Source: Fusobacteriota bacterium (GTDB lineage: Bacteria; Fusobacteriota; Fusobacteriia; Fusobacteriales; JBNJFI01). From it: a stretch of DNA of 16,502 nt. Of this stretch, positions 10,358-16,502 are shown piece by piece. The position numbers were made by a program, and so were the translations under genes. A model generated the notes under the pieces. The model was not told the DNA's origin. It did no database searches and saw nothing but the letters and a program-made list of their open reading frames with translations. Location: positions 1-16,502 of the forward strand of contig JBNJFI010000045.1 in assembly GCA_051746725.1 (NCBI GenBank), given 5' to 3'. How positions within the stretch are numbered: position 1 is the first letter of the stretch; each line of letters begins with the position of its first letter.

Positions 10358-11782
10358 TTATTGAACATCTGCTAAGCCATCTAATAAATCATCGTCAGTT
10401 TCTATTTCTGCCTCTTCATCTTTAGTTTTTTCTTTCTCTTTATTATTTTCATTTTGATCATTACCTAACCCTTTTTTGAAATCATCATACTCGATATATT
10501 GACTTCCCTCTTTAACATCATAATTTAATTTTTCTATTTCCAATATTTTATCTTCTAAATCTTTAAATTTAGTTATTTCTCCTCGAATTTTATTCGTAAA
10601 ACCAATAACTAATAAACTCATCATAGGATAGTCTATCTCTTCTCCTAGTTTATTTTTAAAAGTTATTGTTCCCTTCTTATTATTATATAATGGGACCATT
10701 TCCTTATCGAACTCTTGAACCATTCTTTTTCCAAAATCACTTGTTTCCTCGGGATCCATAAATAATAAAAATTGATTTTCTCTTACATGGGTTAATTTAT
10801 AATCAGTTATTTGGTCAAACTGTAAATTTTCTTGAAACATATGCGATACTACTCTTAGAACATTTTCTCCATTTGCAAATCCATATTCTAAGACATAAGG
10901 GTCTAAATCTCTTATTGTAAATGATAATACTCCAAAAAAGCTATCCTCTTCTAATTTTTCATCTAAGATTTCTATAGTATGCATTAAACCTTGTAATCCT
11001 GTTATCGGATGAGCAAATCGATCGCCTATTGTATTATCAAGTAAAGAATTTTTTAAGTCTCCAATTTCTCTGAAAATTGTCTCTAATTCATTATTTACAT
11101 TAATTTTAACTTGATAAGTTATATCCCCTTCTTTTATCTTTTGAATCTCTTCTTTAATTTTTTGAATAGGATTATATATCCTTTTTAAAAGCATATAAGT
11201 TGTTATTGATATCATTATTATCAAAATAATTATAGTTATAATCATATCCCTTATCATTTTTTTTCTAAAAACAGCATCTGTTTCTTCTAGAGAAGTAATT
11301 ATATTTAAAACCCCTATTAATTCTTCATCTTCATAAATAGGGGTTATATAATTATATACATGTTTTTGTTCAGCATTGATGCTATCGCCTCTTATCGCTC
11401 TTTTATCTTTAAATATTTTATCTAAATCTTCAACTTTAACAACCTTTTTTGCTTTTTTATCACTAGAATAAACTGTCTCTAAATATATATCATCCTTTAC
11501 CTTTTGCAAAAATATTTTATCTAAACTTTCATCACTGTCCTTTAATAAACTCTTTACCTGTTTATCTAAACTTTCATAATAACCTCGGTCTATTCCCTTT
11601 TTTGCATCATTCATAATTAATCTCAAAATATATTCTGATTTTTCAGAAATATATTCCATGGCATTAGATCTTCGAGTTTTTATATTAAAAAAGGTCAAAA
11701 TTGATAATAAAATAGTTATTGAAACTATTACTACTAGTAAAAAATCCAATAAAATAGTCCCTCTACTTTTTAATATTTTCAT
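10358..11782 (-). CDS. Membrane sensor-like protein: TM, extracytoplasmic domain, TM, HAMP, degenerate GGDEF-like domain, acidic tail
   Basis: Two TM segments. HAMP-like PIQKIKEEIQKIKEGD...NELETI. HPITGL, EYGFANGENVLR and HVRENQF occur at the positions expected for DxLTGL, YGHxxGDxxL and RxGGDEF. Confidence 0.65.
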   Translation of the reverse strand: MKILKSRGTILLDFLLVVIVSITILLSILTFFNIKTRRSNAMEYISEKSEYILRLIMNDAKKGIDRGYYESLDKQVKSLLKDSDESLDKIFLQKVKDDIYLETVYSSDKKAKKVVKVEDLDKIFKDKRAIRGDSINAEQKHVYNYITPIYEDEELIGVLNIITSLEETDAVFRKKMIRDMIITIIILIIMISITTYMLLKRIYNPIQKIKEEIQKIKEGDITYQVKINVNNELETIFREIGDLKNSLLDNTIGDRFAHPITGLQGLMHTIEILDEKLEEDSFFGVLSFTIRDLDPYVLEYGFANGENVLRVVSHMFQENLQFDQITDYKLTHVRENQFLLFMDPEETSDFGKRMVQEFDKEMVPLYNNKKGTITFKNKLGEEIDYPMMSLLVIGFTNKIRGEITKFKDLEDKILEIEKLNYDVKEGSQYIEYDDFKKGLGNDQNENNKEKEKTKDEEAEIETDDDLLDGLADVQ

Positions 11783-11801
11783 AATATACTTCCTTCCAAT
11801 T

Positions 11802-12653
11802 TTAATTAAACTTTTCTTTAGTTATAGCTGAGATCAATTCATCTGGGATTTTATGAAAAGTATGTGCTCTGTCTCCCTTTTTAATAATGGTTTCTCTGCT
11901 TCCTCTTTCGATATGAGCTTCGCCATTTGGATCGTATTCCAAAGCCTTTGAGTTTTCCATATTAATCAATAGATTTTTTGCTAAATCCTTTGAAATATTA
12001 TGATATTTTTTTAAAACTTTTTGATTTCTGATTTCCCACTCTTCAAATGCATTTGTTCTCGATACAACTCTATATAGGGTTTTACTCTTGGTTATTCTTA
12101 AGGAATATTGTAGTAACCTTTTATTTATTCCAAATGGTAATATAGACTTTGATATTAAAGGTTTTAAAAATCTATCTTCTTTTTTGAAGTTTCTTTTTAT
12201 AATTATTTGTATTAATTCATAAACGTCGTGATAAAGCATCATATCTACTCTGATCTCAGAAAGTAAATGCGAAAAATTTCTTAATCCTTCAGCGTGCAAT
12301 AATTCCTTTGGAACATAATAATTGTGTGCTATAACATCTGAGGCTAAGTGGGATAAATAACCATAAGCTAAAGCCTTTTGTTTGTCAGTTTTTGCTTTAT
12401 CTAATATATTAAATGCTGTTTTCCATATATGAGAGTGTTTTTCTGCATCTCTTATATATTTTTTACCTAAAGTTATGTCTGGAGCTAAATTTCCATATAA
12501 AAATTCCTCTTTATTTTCATGAATCACTCTTTTTTTCTCACCTTTTATTCCATCTTCTTTTAATAATTGATTCCCTACATGTAAGTGTACTGCAGGCCCC
12601 CAGTTTAGAATAAATTTATCAAAAAAGAGTATCATTTTTAATATATTATACAC
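11802..12653 (-). CDS. Zinc-dependent phospholipase C / P1 nuclease-like family protein
   Basis: WGPAVH, FLYGNLAPD, HSH, GYLSHLASDVIAH and HLLSE metal-ligand pattern. GTG start with AGGAGG RBS. Confidence 0.85.
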   Translation of the reverse strand: MYNILKMILFFDKFILNWGPAVHLHVGNQLLKEDGIKGEKKRVIHENKEEFLYGNLAPDITLGKKYIRDAEKHSHIWKTAFNILDKAKTDKQKALAYGYLSHLASDVIAHNYYVPKELLHAEGLRNFSHLLSEIRVDMMLYHDVYELIQIIIKRNFKKEDRFLKPLISKSILPFGINKRLLQYSLRITKSKTLYRVVSRTNAFEEWEIRNQKVLKKYHNISKDLAKNLLINMENSKALEYDPNGEAHIERGSRETIIKKGDRAHTFHKIPDELISAITKEKFN

Positions 12654-12673
12654 CTGTACCTACCTCCTTTTTA

Positions 12674-14299
12674 TTATTCTAAATCATTACCTCTGAATAT
12701 ATTATACAAAGAAGATATCGTTTTTCCTTTATTTTTTTTTAATTTATTATTGGTTATTAAAAAGGGATTGTTTTGATTTCCTCCTAATCCTCCATGACCT
12801 CCATATTGATTTTCAAAATTTATTATCTTGTTTTTTTCTATTAAAGCTCCAAAAATTACAATATCACCTATCCCTGAACCAGTTGATACTTCTGATAATC
12901 CATCTAAAATTTCATCTTTAGTTCTATTAAAATTTTTAAATACTTTTTTAAAAATTTTATTATTTTCAATATTTTTTATCTTAAATTCTTTATTTAATAA
13001 TACTTCATTTTCTTTATTAATTACTTTATAACCATCATCTATTTTTATAATTATAAATTCTATTCCAGGATGCTCCCTTAGAATTTTTAGTAATTTAGGA
13101 GCTTTTTTGTTTATCTCATCTTCAGCTAACCTATATTTAATATTTTTAAAATATAAATGAGAGTATGGCCCTGAACTCATAACTGTTATATCTTCTTTTA
13201 ATATATTTTCATCTGTTTTTTCTTCTTTTTTGTTTAATATATTATTACTTAATCGTTCTAAAAAAGCATATCCCAATTCAGTAGCATTTTTTAATATTGT
13301 TTTAAGTCCATATTTCAAAATATGACTTCGCTGTTCTCCCTCTGTATTATATTCTTTTATTTTTAAATCCTTATTAGAAACTGCATCAGTAATTAATTCT
13401 TCTAAAGTAATTCCATATTTATTTTTAAAGGGAACCGAAGGAGTCTGCCCATGGTCAGAAAATATATATATATCATAACCTTTTTTGCAAGCATACTTAA
13501 ATATTTTTTTTATACTATTATCTATAGCTTTTAAAGTATTCATGGCCTCTTTTGTCTGAGGTCCCCGTGTATGTCCCATCTCATCATAAGCTGTATAAGT
13601 TAAATATATATTTTTATATCCCTCGTCCATTTCTAATTTCGAACCTATAGTAGCAATTTCATTTAGAAAAACATTATTTACTAATCTTACATATGGAAAA
13701 GAGATATTACTTCTTTGTGGTTTATTTTTAATTTTATAAGCTATGGATTCATATATCTCTCTAAAAAATTCCCTTATAAGTTTATATGACATTCTAAAAA
13801 CTAAATCCGCATTTAAAAATATAAACTTCCATAGCTCTTTATTTTTCATTCGTGTTTTTATATTAGCTTCAAACATTTTACTTAAAGATAATATGCTTCT
13901 ACTCGCTCCACCTGTATATAAATTTATATAACTCGCTCCATCTTCTAAAAGTTCTCCTTTAGATTCAGATTTACCTATGTTTTCCCAATAGTTTGCCGTT
14001 TTAGGCGTTTTAAATGAATATTCTTCTTCTTTATCTTTATCATACCATCTAAATCCTTTTATTTTTCCTTTCAAACCATACATTATTTTCATCTGAGCTG
14101 CCGGTGTATTACTTGGAAGTTCAGAAAATAACTTATATACATTAAATCCTTTTTTATTTATTAATTTTTTTATAGTTGGAACCTTCCCCATCTTTATTGC
14201 CTTAAAAAGATCTTCATGGGAAAGAGCATCTATTTGTATAAATATTTTTTTATCTCTATTTCTATATTTTAATAAAATTGCATTTAAATTGGTCCTCAT
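12674..14299 (-). CDS. Alkaline phosphatase superfamily, type I phosphodiesterase/nucleotide pyrophosphatase-like protein
   Basis: IQIDALS, LPSNTP (candidate Thr nucleophile), YDEMGH, FSDHGQ, GGHGG. No signal peptide seen. Confidence 0.85.
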   Translation of the reverse strand: MRTNLNAILLKYRNRDKKIFIQIDALSHEDLFKAIKMGKVPTIKKLINKKGFNVYKLFSELPSNTPAAQMKIMYGLKGKIKGFRWYDKDKEEEYSFKTPKTANYWENIGKSESKGELLEDGASYINLYTGGASRSILSLSKMFEANIKTRMKNKELWKFIFLNADLVFRMSYKLIREFFREIYESIAYKIKNKPQRSNISFPYVRLVNNVFLNEIATIGSKLEMDEGYKNIYLTYTAYDEMGHTRGPQTKEAMNTLKAIDNSIKKIFKYACKKGYDIYIFSDHGQTPSVPFKNKYGITLEELITDAVSNKDLKIKEYNTEGEQRSHILKYGLKTILKNATELGYAFLERLSNNILNKKEEKTDENILKEDITVMSSGPYSHLYFKNIKYRLAEDEINKKAPKLLKILREHPGIEFIIIKIDDGYKVINKENEVLLNKEFKIKNIENNKIFKKVFKNFNRTKDEILDGLSEVSTGSGIGDIVIFGALIEKNKIINFENQYGGHGGLGGNQNNPFLITNNKLKKNKGKTISSLYNIFRGNDLE

Positions 14300-14303
14300 A
14301 ATA

Positions 14304-15029
14304 CTACTCCTTTTTTAACACATAAAATACTCTTTCTCCTGCAAACTCTTTATTTTTATATTTCTTTTCAACTTTAAAGCCAATTTTTTTAGCTACTTTT
14401 TCAACTGTATTTTCTTTAAATATACGTTTTTCATGAATCTCTTCTATTTTTTCATATAACCCATTAGGTTGTTTTACAAAAAAGAGTGTTCTTATTCTAT
14501 CAGTTTTAGATTTTTTGTCATAATAATGATTCCAATTTATAAACATGTCGTCACGTTCTTCTATATATGAATTTTTTTCAAACATATCATCCATAAGTTT
14601 CCGAGTTGCCATATCAAATATAAAATATCCCTTTTTTGGAAGATGCAAATATATACTCTCAAAAGTCTTTTCTAATTCCTCTTCATCTAAAAGATGATTT
14701 ATCGTATCAAAAATTGCTACCACTGCATCAACTTCAATGGGGAGTCGTAACTTTCTCATATCTTGATTTGTCAGGGGAATATGAAGTCCTAAATCATTTA
14801 TTTTATCTTCTGCTCTTTCTAACATATCCTCAGATATGTCAACTCCCATAACTTTAAATCCATCTTTTTTGAAACGAATTGCAATTTCTCCTGTTCCACA
14901 ACCAAGATCCATAATATCAGTACCTGTAAAATTTATTTCTTTAAGTATGTTTTTTAAAAATTTATACCAATTATCATAATTCAAATTAGTCATGACTCTA
15001 TCATATATCTTTGCAAATCCTGTATACAT
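14304..15029 (-). CDS. Class I SAM-dependent methyltransferase
   Basis: FAKIYD, MDLGCGTG, GVDISEDML, QDMR, DTINHL, GYFIFD. ATG at 15029 has a GAGGGTG RBS. The ORF track start is GTG at 15038. Confidence 0.92.
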   Translation of the reverse strand: MYTGFAKIYDRVMTNLNYDNWYKFLKNILKEINFTGTDIMDLGCGTGEIAIRFKKDGFKVMGVDISEDMLERAEDKINDLGLHIPLTNQDMRKLRLPIEVDAVVAIFDTINHLLDEEELEKTFESIYLHLPKKGYFIFDMATRKLMDDMFEKNSYIEERDDMFINWNHYYDKKSKTDRIRTLFFVKQPNGLYEKIEEIHEKRIFKENTVEKVAKKIGFKVEKKYKNKEFAGERVFYVLKKE

Positions 15030-15066
15030 AGTCTTCACCCTCTATTCAATTTCTTTTTTAATTTTT

Positions 15067-16170
15067 TTAAAATCGTTTGCTCTCGATTGCTCCCACAGGA
15101 CACATCTCTTGGCAGCAAAAACACCTAATACAACTTTTTCTATCTATTTCTATTTTATCGTTTAAATTCTTTAGAGACTTAGGTTCAGATGGACATACCT
15201 TTACACACTCATTACATAAAATACATTTTTTATGGTCAAATTTTGGTTTTGGAACTAAAACTTCCCGTATAAAATTATTAATAAAATCTGGAAGTGGTAA
15301 TATCCCACCTATTTCTATCTCTTTTTTAACTTTTTTGAAATCTTTTACACATAACTCTTCTATAGTTTCGGGTTCTACAGTTATATCTTTAATCTGTCCA
15401 AGTCCTCTTTCATAGGACTTTTGAATTGGGCTAATATCTTTTGGATTTAAGCCAATTAAGTTACAAGCAACGCTATCTAATGCTACCAGATCCTTAGATA
15501 TTAATATAGCTCCTACCTTTTTTGGATCCCCATTTCTAGGTCCATTTCCTTCCATTGCTATTATAGCATCCATTATTGCCATTTTAGGTTTTAAAAGAAG
15601 ATTTAGATCAGCTAGCATGTCCCCAAAATTATTTTTTTCAGGAAATTTATAATGAAATTTCGGTTTTAATAAACCCGGAATCATTCCAAATAAATTTTTT
15701 ATAGCTCCTGTATAATAAGTCATACCATGTGTTTTTAATTTAGGAAGAGATATAATATAGTCAACTTCTTCATAGACCTTTGCCAAAGTAAATTTTTTCA
15801 TTATTTTTCCATTGGGATTTTCTACTTCAATTTTATCCTTAAAATTTGCAAGTTTTGCTCCCTCTTCTTGGACAACTTTTTCAATCCCGGTTACCCCATA
15901 TATATTACTTTGCGATCCAATTCCAGGGCTATCTCCCACTAATACAGTTCCTCCAGCTTCTTTTATCAACCTTATTACAGCTTTTAAAAGTACTGGGTGT
16001 GTTGTAACAGCTTTCTCCGGAGAAGAAGGGGCTAATAAATTAGGTTTTAGTAAAACTTTTTTGCCCTGCACAAAGTCTATCCCACCTATTATATCCAATC
16101 CCTCTTTTATCTTATTATAGATTGTTTTAAAATCATATTCATCGCATTTTAATAAAGCTACCTTCGACAT
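15067..16170 (-). CDS. DUF362 domain protein with C-terminal 2x[4Fe-4S] ferredoxin domain
   Basis: VLLKPN, TTHP, GDSPG, PKLKTH...TGAIKNLFG, MEGNGP, DLVALD. CILCNECVKVCP and CIRCFCCQEMCP. GGGGAG RBS. Confidence 0.92.
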   Translation of the reverse strand: MSKVALLKCDEYDFKTIYNKIKEGLDIIGGIDFVQGKKVLLKPNLLAPSSPEKAVTTHPVLLKAVIRLIKEAGGTVLVGDSPGIGSQSNIYGVTGIEKVVQEEGAKLANFKDKIEVENPNGKIMKKFTLAKVYEEVDYIISLPKLKTHGMTYYTGAIKNLFGMIPGLLKPKFHYKFPEKNNFGDMLADLNLLLKPKMAIMDAIIAMEGNGPRNGDPKKVGAILISKDLVALDSVACNLIGLNPKDISPIQKSYERGLGQIKDITVEPETIEELCVKDFKKVKKEIEIGGILPLPDFINNFIREVLVPKPKFDHKKCILCNECVKVCPSEPKSLKNLNDKIEIDRKSCIRCFCCQEMCPVGAIESKRF

Positions 16171-16198
16171 AATCTCTCCCCTTTTTAAATTACTCTTT

Positions 16199-16461
16199 TA
16201 GCTAATTGCAAAATTCTTATATCCTAATTTCATTTGCTTTATTAGTTCTATAAATTAGAGTATCACTCCAATTTTAGATACTGGTTGCACCCGGGCAAAC
16301 GCCGTTTGCCCTTACAGAAAAACTTATATCCTTATCCCTATGTAATCTGAACGTAAGGGCGAAGGGCCTTCGCCCGGGTAATACAAAATCAAATTAGATT
16401 AAAACTATTAATAACTTTGTGAATAACCTAAAATTTTATTCTTTAGTTTTGCAACTACCTA
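16199..16461. mobile_element. Putative 263-bp non-autonomous MITE-like element
   Basis: Left end TAGCTAATTGCAAAA (16199-16213) versus reverse complement of the right end TAGGTAGTTGCAAAA (16447-16461), 13/15 identical. An exact 12-bp direct repeat AAATTACTCTTT abuts both ends (16187-16198 and 16462-16473). No ORF is listed inside it. Confidence 0.7.
16289..16379. repeat. Inverted doublet of 27-nt REP-like palindromes (REPIN-like)
   Basis: Minus copy 16315-16289 GTAAGGGCAAACGGCGTTTGCCCGGGT and plus copy 16353-16379 GTAAGGGCGAAGGGCCTTCGCCCGGGT. Each is GTAA + 8-bp stem + GGC loop + GGGT. 37-nt spacer. GC-rich island in AT-rich DNA. Confidence 0.8.
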
Positions 16462-16502
16462 AAATTACTCTTTAGATTCTTTGATCCAATAGAAATTAAA
16501 AG

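Noticed and set aside
16289..16379. CRISPR mini-array (27-nt palindromic units with a 37-nt spacer)
   Set aside because: There are only two units, they are inverted rather than direct, and no cas genes are present in the window.
16289..16379. The GC hairpins as intrinsic terminators, tRNA or riboswitch
   Set aside because: Neither stem is followed by a long U-tract on either strand, and I recognise no cloverleaf or riboswitch consensus. An Rfam scan would be needed to exclude this fully.
16426..16475. Imperfect tandem duplication ACCTAAAATT...CTTTAG (16426-16446 and 16457-16475) across the right end of the element
   Set aside because: Not called as a separate feature because it is short and AT-rich. 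It is kept as a caveat, since local duplication could contribute to the apparent TIR/TSD pattern.

Overview
This is an AT-rich bacterial window in which all 18 credible genes lie on the minus strand. The F1Fo subunits resemble those of Fusobacteriota such as Ilyobacter/Propionigenium (inference from recalled sequences). In transcription order (right to left) the genes are: a tightly packed cluster (DUF362 Fe-S protein, class I SAM methyltransferase, alkaline-phosphatase-superfamily phosphodiesterase, Zn-dependent phospholipase C-like protein, membrane HAMP protein with a degenerate GGDEF-like domain), then an AAA-ATPase/PD-(D/E)XK protein, a dCMP deaminase, atpZ-like, atpIBEFHAGDC (c subunit with a Na+-binding signature), an intrinsic terminator and coaE. 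The most unusual feature is non-coding. A 263-bp MITE-like element (16199-16461) has 15-bp imperfect terminal inverted repeats and an exact 12-bp flanking direct repeat. It contains an inverted pair of 27-nt REP-like hairpins whose only four differences are two compensatory base-pair swaps. It sits just upstream of the ribosome-binding site of the first gene of the cluster.
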